IMG/VR virus record: IMGVR_UViG_3300027782_000040
DNA: 64,000 nucleotides
Strand: one strand, 5' to 3'
From: a virus
This document shows positions 42,101 through 50,897 of this stretch, in pieces. How positions within the stretch are numbered: position 1 is the first letter of the stretch; every line of letters begins with the position of its first letter. The notes below the pieces were generated by a model. That model made no database searches. It was not told the origin of the DNA and was given only the letters and a program-made list of their open reading frames with translations. The position numbers and the translations under genes were made by a program.

Positions 42101-43618
42101 ATGAGCTTTTTAAATACAGGATATTCAGCAACGGTCGCAGCAAGATTAACACAAAAGGGTAGAAACTCTATTGCAAAAGGTAATTTTGTGGTAAGTTACT
42201 TTGCTGTGGGGGATTCTGAATACAATTATAATACAGGAACAACTCAAAATATATTATCACCATTTGACAAAGATAGTCATGTAAAATACCCAATTTGGTA
42301 TACAAGTGGAAGTACATTTTTTGGAATACCGGTAGATAGTTCAAATACCACAATATGTAGGAATTTGGTCACAGCAAATAGTGATTGGACATTAAGTACG
42401 GTTTGGGATAAAAATCCGATTGGATTATCAAATATATATACATCTAATGCGTATGTTGGGGTTAAAAATTTATTAGGTTATTCATCATCTTCAGGACAAA
42501 CATATAATACAGGAACAACAATATATGACACTACTGGAACTCCGGTAATCATTTCACCTGAAGAACAAAAAGCAATTGCAATATTACATTATACACAGAG
42601 CGGAACCACTGGAGACCCTTATAGGTTCTTTAAATATGATGATTACATCTGTATTGATAATACATCGGGTCAAACATCGTTTAATGTGACATTGACCTCA
42701 ATTATGTATCACAGATTAACGGGAGCAACATCGGGAGCAACATTTACTATGGGAACCGTTGATAAAAAAATGGTATCTAATTACAACTCAAGATATGAAT
42801 TACCATATAGAGATTTAGTAGATTATGCTGGTAATACGGTTGGTAAAATATTTCACAATCAAAAACTTGTAGTATTTGATGATGAGGAAATTGTTGCAGC
42901 ATTAGACACAGGATCAACGAGAAATTATACATTAACAGCACCAAAAGTGGATACTTTAGTAACAACTAATTACCCAATTACTGGATTAACAACAACAGGT
43001 AAAACTATGTGGGTTACGTATAAATTTAGTGGAGGTACAGTATCTGATGATTTACCTTGTAATTATTTTATGAAAGTTACAGGGTCAACAAATGATGAAA
43101 ATGTTACTGTTAAATTTAGTAGTGGTGGATTTAAACATTTAAATAATGGTTATACTGCAACTCAATTTCATATATTACATCAATTAACAGATAACGGAGT
43201 TCAACCAACACCAAATAATTGGAAAATTAGGGATTACACAAGTGACTTAAGCGCAATCAATGATTTAAAAACCGGATTTACATTTACAATCAACCAAACC
43301 AAAATCACCGAAGCCATTGCAGTAGGAAATTATTCATCTTCATTATCAGGTTTTGGTGTAGATAGAGCGTTGTCTGGTGGAACTATTACAGGCACGGTTG
43401 CATTGGTAAGGTCAAGTGATATTGAAGAAATGGTCTTTAATTTAAATCTACCCGATGGTAAATTCACAACATCCCAAAACCCAACATTTACAGGTACATC
43501 TAAAATAACAGAAGTGGCTTTACTTAATTCTAATAAAGAAACATTAGCAATGGGTAAATTATCGTCACCAGTAACAAGAAGTGGTAGTCAGGTAATCCAA
43601 GTTAAAATTGATTTCTAA
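42101..43618 (+). CDS. Baseplate / tail-fibre attachment protein
   Basis: ARLTQKGR...FAVGDSE at the N-terminus; ITEVALLN...AMGKLSSPV at the C-terminus. Confidence 0.65.
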   Translation: MSFLNTGYSATVAARLTQKGRNSIAKGNFVVSYFAVGDSEYNYNTGTTQNILSPFDKDSHVKYPIWYTSGSTFFGIPVDSSNTTICRNLVTANSDWTLSTVWDKNPIGLSNIYTSNAYVGVKNLLGYSSSSGQTYNTGTTIYDTTGTPVIISPEEQKAIAILHYTQSGTTGDPYRFFKYDDYICIDNTSGQTSFNVTLTSIMYHRLTGATSGATFTMGTVDKKMVSNYNSRYELPYRDLVDYAGNTVGKIFHNQKLVVFDDEEIVAALDTGSTRNYTLTAPKVDTLVTTNYPITGLTTTGKTMWVTYKFSGGTVSDDLPCNYFMKVTGSTNDENVTVKFSSGGFKHLNNGYTATQFHILHQLTDNGVQPTPNNWKIRDYTSDLSAINDLKTGFTFTINQTKITEAIAVGNYSSSLSGFGVDRALSGGTITGTVALVRSSDIEEMVFNLNLPDGKFTTSQNPTFTGTSKITEVALLNSNKETLAMGKLSSPVTRSGSQVIQVKIDF

Positions 43619-43621
43619 CGA

Positions 43622-43650
43622 TTTACATTTATTTTAAATTACATTATATT
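43622..43650 (+). promoter_or_regulatory. Sigma70-like early/middle promoter TTTACA-N17-TATATT
   Basis: 17-bp spacer, just upstream of the ruvC-like gene. Similar TATATT/TATAAT/TATCTT boxes occur at 9350, 44309, 44413, 48558, 53247, 55116, 61444, 61933 and 63918. Confidence 0.6.
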
Positions 43651-43656
43651 AGAATT

Positions 43657-44268
43657 ATGAGTATAGATGTAAAATTTAAGAATAAGCCAAAGATACTGGG
43701 ACTTGATATTAGTACAAAAACCATAGGGTTTGCTTTGTTTGATATTTCAGGTTCTAAATTATTGGAACTAACACATTTTTCCCCAAAAATTAAACCACAA
43801 CCTGAAGATAAGTTGGAAGAACTTATGATGAAGGCCAATACATTTCAAAGACATTTGGAAGGATATAAAGATATGGGTATTACTCGTGTCATCATTGAGG
43901 AACCTTTATTAAACTCAAATAACGTTTATACAGTAGGTACATTATTGAGATATAATACAATGATATGTAAATTGATTTATGATATTTTTGAAATTGTTCC
44001 AACATTCATCTCAACATATAACGCAAGAAAATATGCGTTTCCTGATTTAGTAGGTCCAAATGAAAAGGGACGTAATGTATTATTTGGTGGATATCCAAAA
44101 GATATCGATAAGAAACAAGTTATTTGGGATCATGTTAATGATGTATGTCCTGATGTTCAATGGTTGTACGATAAGAATGGTAAATTGAAAAAAGAAAATT
44201 TTGATATGAGCGACGCTGCGACCGCAGTTATTGGTCATTTCAATATGATAAAACAATTGGATAAATAA
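43657..44268 (+). CDS. RuvC-like Holliday junction resolvase
   Basis: ILGLDISTKTIG, IIEEP, DMSDA. Confidence 0.85.
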   Translation: MSIDVKFKNKPKILGLDISTKTIGFALFDISGSKLLELTHFSPKIKPQPEDKLEELMMKANTFQRHLEGYKDMGITRVIIEEPLLNSNNVYTVGTLLRYNTMICKLIYDIFEIVPTFISTYNARKYAFPDLVGPNEKGRNVLFGGYPKDIDKKQVIWDHVNDVCPDVQWLYDKNGKLKKENFDMSDAATAVIGHFNMIKQLDK

Positions 44269-44321
44269 TATTTGGCAACTGATATTTTATATTACGATTT
44301 ATCAATGATATATTTAATAAT

Positions 44322-44397
44322 AGGACGGGACAAGGGTTAAAAGCCTTGTTTGGTTGGTAGGAGGTTAGCGGTGGTGTGCTGGCCTCCATTTTTTTTT
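44322..44397 (+). ncRNA. Candidate small structured RNA (two hairpins, the second a terminator)
   Basis: G-rich island in AT-rich intergenic DNA; stems acaagg/ccttgt and ggaggttagcg/tgctggcctcc plus T9; TATATT box at 44309. Confidence 0.5.
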
Positions 44398-44425
44398 ATA
44401 AGATTTTTTTGTTATAATATACAAC

Positions 44426-45367
44426 ATGAACACCCAAGAAGTAGATTATTCCGCAGTATTTGAAATTTTGGAAGATATATTTGGTGACTATAAGAATCAT
44501 AATGATTATAGATATCAAGTCTCTTTTGACTGTCCTGTGTGTTCTCACGAAATCAAAGGGTTAGAAAAAGGTGATGGTAAAGGAAACTTGGAAATCAATT
44601 ACAAATATGGTGTTTATAAGTGTTGGGTATGTGCCGAATCTCACGAAACACACGGTTCAATATATAAGTTAATTAAGAAGTTTGGTAACCCTAAACAACT
44701 TAAAAAATATATTTTATTAAAACCAGAAGAAGATGAGGATGGTAATAAAAAAGAATACAAACCAGTTAAATTACCAAAAGAATTTATTCCATTTAAAGAT
44801 GCAAGTTTTGGAATGAAATTAACACCAGGATATAAGCAGGCATACAATTACATTAAAAGTAGGAATATTACCGATTTGATGTTGCAACTTTATAATATTG
44901 GATTTTGTGCAACAGGTGTATATGAAAATAGAATTATCATTCCTTCATATGATGAAAATAGAAGGTTGAATTACTTTATTGCTCGTTCTTTTTTAAACAA
45001 AACGAGAAGAAAGTATATGAACCCCGTAGTACAAAAGGAAATCATTATTTTCAATGAAAGTTTAATTAATTGGGACGAACCTGTTTATATAGTTGAAGGT
45101 GCGTTCGATAGTATTTTCATTCCAAACGCAATCCCAATGTTGGGAAAGTTTATGGGTGAACATTTATTTAAAAAACTATATGATAATGCAAAAAAAATAA
45201 TTATAGTACTTGACCCCGATGCGTGGAACGACCAAGAGAGATTGTATCATAGATTGAATTGTGGGAAACTAATGGGAAAAGTGTGGAGTATTAAATTAGA
45301 AGGGGATAAAGACATTGCCGATTTACAAGGAAACTTAAGTGAATATAAAATGAAACAAATAGAGTAA
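44426..45367 (+). CDS. DNA primase (Zn finger + TOPRIM)
   Basis: CPVC...CWVC, IVEGAFDS, LDPDA. Confidence 0.9.
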   Translation: MNTQEVDYSAVFEILEDIFGDYKNHNDYRYQVSFDCPVCSHEIKGLEKGDGKGNLEINYKYGVYKCWVCAESHETHGSIYKLIKKFGNPKQLKKYILLKPEEDEDGNKKEYKPVKLPKEFIPFKDASFGMKLTPGYKQAYNYIKSRNITDLMLQLYNIGFCATGVYENRIIIPSYDENRRLNYFIARSFLNKTRRKYMNPVVQKEIIIFNESLINWDEPVYIVEGAFDSIFIPNAIPMLGKFMGEHLFKKLYDNAKKIIIVLDPDAWNDQERLYHRLNCGKLMGKVWSIKLEGDKDIADLQGNLSEYKMKQIE

Positions 45368-45368
45368 C

Positions 45369-46238
45369 ATGAATTTAAAAGACATCTCATTAGAGATAAA
45401 CGATTTATTAGAAAAGAGAAGACAAGAATTAGAATTAACATTCATAGAAGAAGAACACATTTACTATATGAAAGATGTTGATGGTGAAATTAAAAAGAAC
45501 TTTCCATCCGTATCTAAAGTAGTTAAGAAATTTCACAAACCATTTGATGCTGATGGTATGGCACTTAAAATGGCAAAAGGAGACCCTGAAGGACAATCAC
45601 AATTACTTGCCGAATGGAAAGAGGCTGGCGACTTATCAACCAATATGGGAAGTAGAGTTCACTTTGAATTGGAGAAAGATTTAATTGGTCGTTTTGGTAA
45701 TTACAAAGAAGTTAGACAACCGATATTTGAGATTAATGAAGAACAACAACGCAAAAGTGATGCAATGATTAAAGCGGGAAAAGATTTTCTTGATTTAATG
45801 TTAGAACGAGGAGGGGTATTATTAGATACAGAAATTGTATTAGGTGATCCCAAAGAGCAGTATACGGGGCAACCTGATAAGTGTTGGTTAATGCAAAATA
45901 AAACAAAAGACGATTTTGGATTTGTAATAACTGATTGGAAGAGTAATAAGCCAAAGAACTTTGAGGTACATCACTATACTGGTAGATTGTATCCACCATT
46001 TAATAATTTTCATGATAATGCCTTAGGCCATTATTATTTACAATTACCATTATATGGTAGATTGTTACGTAAGATGCTAGAAGGGACAAAATATTCCGAT
46101 ACTAAATTATTAGGTGGAGTTATAGTTCTTTTAAAAGAAGACGGAACATTTACCGAATATAAAGTTCCACCACAAATAACAAATGCAATCCTTACAATGG
46201 ATTTATCAAAATATATTTCAAGATGGTCAAAAAAATAA
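45369..46238 (+). CDS. PD-(D/E)XK exonuclease (RecB-family)
   Basis: GSRVH, TE, GQPDK, ITDWKS, YYLQLPLY. Confidence 0.82.
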   Translation: MNLKDISLEINDLLEKRRQELELTFIEEEHIYYMKDVDGEIKKNFPSVSKVVKKFHKPFDADGMALKMAKGDPEGQSQLLAEWKEAGDLSTNMGSRVHFELEKDLIGRFGNYKEVRQPIFEINEEQQRKSDAMIKAGKDFLDLMLERGGVLLDTEIVLGDPKEQYTGQPDKCWLMQNKTKDDFGFVITDWKSNKPKNFEVHHYTGRLYPPFNNFHDNALGHYYLQLPLYGRLLRKMLEGTKYSDTKLLGGVIVLLKEDGTFTEYKVPPQITNAILTMDLSKYISRWSKK

Positions 46239-46903
46239 TACACATTGCCGACTTACATATTCGTACAATTCAAATGCATGATTTGTATAGAGAACAATTT
46301 GAAACATTAATTGATGAGATACGAGAACATAATATTGTGTGGCATCAAGAAGGTATTGAATATGAAGAAATTCGTATCGTTGTTGCAGGGGACCTGGCGC
46401 ATCAGAAAATAAATATTTCTAATGAACAGTTATTATTAACAAGTTGGTTTTTAAAAGAATTATCGAAATATGGTAAAGTTGTTATCATTCCCGGCAATCA
46501 CGATTTCTTAGAAAATAATACACAAAGAATGGATAGTATAACACCTGTGGTTCAATTATTAGACGACCCAACTATTCAATATTACAAAGATAGTGGTGAA
46601 TATATGGATGATAATATTCAATGGATTGTTTATTCATTATATCAACATAACGCACGACCTGAGTTTACTAAAGACGAATCTAAATTAACGATAGGATTAT
46701 TCCACGGACCTATTCAAGGATTTTCAACTGATTTAGGTTTTACATTTGACGACGCATATGATAAAAGTAATTTTTATGGTTGTGATATTGTCCTATGTGG
46801 AGATATACATAAAAGAGCAATTGTAAATTTGGAGACGGAAATTGAAGTTGATGAAAAAGATGTTGAAAATTATTTAAAAAATGGTTGGGAAAAAGTGATT
46901 TAG
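46223..46903 (+). CDS. sbcD: Mre11/SbcD nuclease, N-terminal fragment
   Basis: HIADLH, AGDLAH, PGNHD, FHGP, GDIHKR; then a non-canonical tail and a stop. Confidence 0.88.
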   Translation: MVKKIIHIADLHIRTIQMHDLYREQFETLIDEIREHNIVWHQEGIEYEEIRIVVAGDLAHQKINISNEQLLLTSWFLKELSKYGKVVIIPGNHDFLENNTQRMDSITPVVQLLDDPTIQYYKDSGEYMDDNIQWIVYSLYQHNARPEFTKDESKLTIGLFHGPIQGFSTDLGFTFDDAYDKSNFYGCDIVLCGDIHKRAIVNLETEIEVDEKDVENYLKNGWEKVI

Positions 46904-46907
46904 TCTT

Positions 46908-46937
46908 TTTTGGTGATATTTATATATATCACTAAAA
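46908..46937 (+). promoter_or_regulatory. 12-bp hairpin overlapping the late motif upstream of the endonuclease
   Basis: ttttggtgatat / atatcactaaaa with one G-U pair; contains TATTTATA at 46917. Confidence 0.7.
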
Positions 46938-46947
46938 TATTATAAAT

Positions 46948-47802
46948 ATGGAAAAAAATTGTGAAAGATGTGGAAATAAATTTAATGGAAAAAAAAATCA
47001 AAAATTTTGTTCTAAAAAATGTATTCACGTAAAAATTGAACAAATAGTAAAGGTGTGTGAATTAGATGAATGTGATAATACATTTTTAATTTATCCAAAT
47101 GCTAAAATACCAAAAAGATTATGTTCAAGAAAATGTCAAGTTAAATGGCAAAAAATAAATATGGTGGGTGAAAGTAATCCAAATTATGGAAATAGGAAAC
47201 CTGGTATGTTTAAACATACCGAAGAAACTAAAAAAATATTAAAAGAAAAAATTAAAGAAAGTTGGAAAAAAGAAAGTAGAATAAAAAAACATTTAGATTT
47301 TTTTGAAAGACATAGACTTGAAGATGGATCAATGGATTGGCATACAAATGAATTTAGGGAAAAAATTAGTAAATCAAATATAAAAAGGTTAGAAAATAAT
47401 GAAACATCTTTTGCGTATAAAAATTGCACAAAAGGTTTTTTATTAAATACAAAAACAAATAATGAGGAGTTCTATCATTCGTCTTGGGAAATGAATAAGA
47501 TGATAGAATTAAATGAAAATAAAGATGTATTTTTTTGGACGAAAAAACATGGAATACAAATAAAATATAATCATAAAAATTTAAATAAAATTTATTTACC
47601 CGATTTTTATGTTGAATATATTAACGGAGTTAAAAAAATAGAAGAAATAAAAGGATATGTCGAAGATGAAGAGCAATTAAAGTTAAAAATAATTGCAGTT
47701 AAAGAATATTGTAAAATCAATAATATACAATTTGTTATTGATTATGTTGAAAATAAAGAAAAATATAAACATTTAATAGAATGGGAAAAAAAATTAAATT
47801 AG
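46948..47802 (+). mobile_element. Free-standing homing endonuclease (Zn ribbons + NUMOD3 + TnsA-like PD-(D/E)XK domain) inserted in sbcD
   Basis: CERC...FCSKKC, C...C...LCSRKC, NPNYG...KHTEETKK, YHSSWE...YLPDF...EEIKG. Confidence 0.82.
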
Positions 47803-48011
47803 TAAAAAAAATACCAATAATACAAATTGGTAGCCTCATTCAACAAAACTTTGGTGAGACAGTTAAACATCATGGGTATGGTATTTATGATGTGGAAACA
47901 AATGAATATACATTTCATGATTTGGATAACGAACAGCCGTTTCTTCATTTCTCAATAAACGATATAAAAGACATTGAAGATGGAAAAGAAACACACGTTA
48001 ATCTTGGATAA
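47781..48011 (+). CDS. sbcD: Mre11/SbcD nuclease, second fragment
   Basis: IIQIGSLIQQNFGE...HGYGIYD is the segment that follows GDIH in intact SbcD/Mre11. Confidence 0.85.
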   Translation: MGKKIKLVKKIPIIQIGSLIQQNFGETVKHHGYGIYDVETNEYTFHDLDNEQPFLHFSINDIKDIEDGKETHVNLG

Positions 48012-48519
48012 GGAGTTCACTCAATTTTGTGAATTAAATAATATAACAGATATTGATAAACAAGCTCAAGAAACCTTTAATAGAGGATTTTCTTTATTAA
48101 AATACGGTGAGATACCAAATGGTAATAAAATTAGAGAAATCGTTGAAGTACCCAAAGAGACAATCAAAGAAGTTATTGTTGAAAAGATAGTTGAACGTAT
48201 TGTTGAGGTTCCCGTTGAAGTCATTAGGGAAGTAATTAAAGAAATAACAATAGAGGTACCTGTGGAGGTCATTAAAGAGGTCATCGTTGAAAAGAAAGGT
48301 AAGAGTAAAACCGTAACTAAAGAGGTGATTAAAGAGGTTCCGGTTGAGAAAATTGTGGAAGTTGTTAGGGAGGTGCTTAACAATGATGAGATAGATAGAT
48401 TAATGAAAGAGAATGAAAAACTTAAGACAGATTTAGATAACATTACAAATTCACTATCCAAGTTAGGGAAGGGTAGATTAATGAAGAATAGTAATATGAA
48501 TTCATTATACGACGAATAA
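47980..48519 (+). CDS. Protein with EKIVEVPVEVIKE (alveolin/IMCp-like) repeats and a coiled coil
   Basis: Alternating E/K-V/I repeats with VPV units over about 80 aa. Confidence 0.75.
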   Translation: MEKKHTLILDKEFTQFCELNNITDIDKQAQETFNRGFSLLKYGEIPNGNKIREIVEVPKETIKEVIVEKIVERIVEVPVEVIREVIKEITIEVPVEVIKEVIVEKKGKSKTVTKEVIKEVPVEKIVEVVREVLNNDEIDRLMKENEKLKTDLDNITNSLSKLGKGRLMKNSNMNSLYDE

Positions 48520-48578
48520 TTTTCGGCAACTTACTTTTTTTTACGGAATCTTTTCTCTATATTTTAAATAATAAATTA

Positions 48579-48884
48579 ATGATTATGATGAATTTTATTA
48601 TGTGGTTGTTCATTTCCTATGGGATATCAAACATTATGGTTTTTGGTAGTATATTCAACACACCAAGAGAATGGATTACAAGAAAATCAGAATGGTTTGG
48701 AAAACTGGTGAATTGTATGATGTGCCTACCCTTTTATGTAGGCATTGGTATGTCCCTTGTTTTTGGGGGATTAACAAATAAATATTTTCCATGTCCTTGG
48801 TATATGTGTTTATTCTTTGATGCTGTTTTAACCAGTGGTTTAGTCTATTCATTTAATGTCTTGGTTGAGAAATTAGAAAAATAG
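48579..48884 (+). CDS. Membrane protein, DUF1360-like
   Basis: Three hydrophobic segments; SIF..PR and LVNCMMCLPFYVG. Confidence 0.7.
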   Translation: MIMMNFIMWLFISYGISNIMVFGSIFNTPREWITRKSEWFGKLVNCMMCLPFYVGIGMSLVFGGLTNKYFPCPWYMCLFFDAVLTSGLVYSFNVLVEKLEK

Positions 48885-48893
48885 AATTAAGTA

Positions 48894-49583
48894 ATGAATA
48901 GTAATTTACCAATATTCCATCCATTTAATTTATTAAAAAGAATGAACAATTTTTTTAATGAAGTTGTTAATCCACTTTCACCTGAATTTATTGTTGGAGA
49001 TTTTAAAGACGGAAGAAAAGAATCAGAAAAACAAGAAAATCCAATACGTGTGTTTCTAATGGATTTAAATTCAGAGGCAAGTAAGTATGGATTTAAATTT
49101 AAAAATAGATTAGATGAAAATAATGAAAGAAGTACCGAAGATATTATCATTGAAGATTTATTATCGATTGAACATACGGAGCATTTAGGTAATATTAAAT
49201 CACATATGTCCAAAAATGCAAGTAATATTGGTAAAGATGGAATAATTGGTTATGCATTAACGGGAGACGACAAATCTTATAAAACCGCACAAATAACTGA
49301 ATTGTTTCTCAACAAAGTAAAAAATAATGATAATAAAATAAATTATGGGTTTTATTATTATATATCTTATAAAAAAGATAAAAAAACATTTTTAGTACAC
49401 GAATTATCATATATGTCACAAGATGATATTATAATTAACCCAACAAATTTTTTACAATCTAAAATGGAATATGAATCAGTTTATAGAACAAGTGAAGAAA
49501 GGTTTTATTTTTTGTGGGAAAATTATAAAATGTATGTTAGAAAAAATGTAATTAAATTTGACGGTATGGACCCATACCTATAA
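48894..49583 (+). CDS. Putative Type II restriction endonuclease
   Basis: Immediately upstream of an N6-MTase; RSTEDIII...GNIKS may be a D...(N)xK PD-(D/E)XK variant. Mostly inferred from context. Confidence 0.45.
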   Translation: MNSNLPIFHPFNLLKRMNNFFNEVVNPLSPEFIVGDFKDGRKESEKQENPIRVFLMDLNSEASKYGFKFKNRLDENNERSTEDIIIEDLLSIEHTEHLGNIKSHMSKNASNIGKDGIIGYALTGDDKSYKTAQITELFLNKVKNNDNKINYGFYYYISYKKDKKTFLVHELSYMSQDDIIINPTNFLQSKMEYESVYRTSEERFYFLWENYKMYVRKNVIKFDGMDPYL

Positions 49584-49589
49584 TATATC

Positions 49590-50897
49590 ATGAGTGAAAA
49601 AATATTGACGGAAGAAGAAATAAACAAATTAAATAAAGATAAATACGGACAGTTCTTTTCAAAGAATCCTGTAATAAGGAACGTAATACAATCTCTCATC
49701 TCAAACAAAGGTACAATTATGGAACCTTCAGTTGGGGAAGGAGATTTAATTTTTGGGTTAGAGAGTAAAGAACCTGTCTTAATAGACTTTAAACCTAAGG
49801 TTACGGAAATCAATAGTATTCCCGTAATTGAAATGGACTTCTTTAGTTATCCAGTAGAAAATAAATTTAACACAATTATTGGTAACCCACCATTTGTAAA
49901 ATATAAATTTCTTGACGATAGTGTTGTAGAAAATATAAAACACTATGAATTTAATAAAAAGACTAATCCAAATGGATATAACAAGAAATCAAATCTATAT
50001 TATTTTTTTATTCATAAGTGTATTGAACAATTAGAAGATAATGGAGAATTAATTTTTATTACACCAAAAGAGTTCATGTATAATGTGGGAGCGATTACTT
50101 TGAGAAATTTCATGTTTCAAAATGGTACAATAACTCATTTTATAGATTGCGGAGAGAAAAAGTTATTTACTGATGCATCTGTACCATCTCTTTGTATCTT
50201 TAGATTTCAAAAGGGTACATTCTTAAGAGAAACTAAATTTTGGGAAACAATCGAATCATATGTAAATAAGGATGAATGTGTTATTAAACCAATGAAGATA
50301 TCAAATGACCAATTTTGTTTTTGTGATGAAGACGATACTAACACACTATCAGATTTTTTTGATGTTAAAGTAGGTGTAGTATCAGGATTAGATGGTTTCT
50401 ATTCAACTGATAGGGTAGAAGATGGTGTTTATATACATAAATTTAGAACTAATAGTGGTTATCAGAATTATTATTTTTTTGACCAAATAAATGATATTAA
50501 TTTAGTACCGGAGGATATTAGATTGTTATTCTTATTAAATAAGGATAAATTAAAAAATAGAAAAATTAAAAAATATACGGATAATGATTGGTGGAAATAT
50601 GGTGCAGTTAGAAACTTAGAAAATATGTTAAGTGACAAAAATAGAATCTATGTCGCACCAAAAACAAGATTAGCAAATCCATTTTTTATGGGACAATCAA
50701 ATGAACTTTACTCTGGTTCGTTGTTGGGTATATTTCCTAAAAAAGATAATATTGATTTGGAAAAATCTATTATGTTTTTTAATTCTGATATTTTTAAAAA
50801 CAGATTAAAACAATTTTTTATAATGATTGAAGATAAATTTAATTTTACACCTTCAGTACTTGGAAAAATACCACTAAATTTAAACGAAATAATTTAA
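49590..50897 (+). CDS. Gamma-class DNA adenine methyltransferase with a TaqI-like C-terminal target recognition domain
   Basis: GQFFS, MEPSVGEGD (motif I), IGNPPF (motif IV), NLYYFFI, GELIFITP. Confidence 0.9.
   Translation: MSEKILTEEEINKLNKDKYGQFFSKNPVIRNVIQSLISNKGTIMEPSVGEGDLIFGLESKEPVLIDFKPKVTEINSIPVIEMDFFSYPVENKFNTIIGNPPFVKYKFLDDSVVENIKHYEFNKKTNPNGYNKKSNLYYFFIHKCIEQLEDNGELIFITPKEFMYNVGAITLRNFMFQNGTITHFIDCGEKKLFTDASVPSLCIFRFQKGTFLRETKFWETIESYVNKDECVIKPMKISNDQFCFCDEDDTNTLSDFFDVKVGVVSGLDGFYSTDRVEDGVYIHKFRTNSGYQNYYFFDQINDINLVPEDIRLLFLLNKDKLKNRKIKKYTDNDWWKYGAVRNLENMLSDKNRIYVAPKTRLANPFFMGQSNELYSGSLLGIFPKKDNIDLEKSIMFFNSDIFKNRLKQFFIMIEDKFNFTPSVLGKIPLNLNEII

Noticed and set aside
44322-44390. tRNA (ends in CCA)
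   Set aside because: No cloverleaf or TTC loop; it is two hairpins plus a U-tract.
45369-46238. Cas4 implying a CRISPR system
   Set aside because: It lacks the four-Cys Fe-S pattern and sits in a replication/recombination operon.
46817-47810. Group I intron or intein interrupting sbcD
   Set aside because: Only 44 nt are non-coding, and the endonuclease overlaps fragment 2. The tagtc at 46901 has no convincing P7 partner, and no intein terminal motifs are present.
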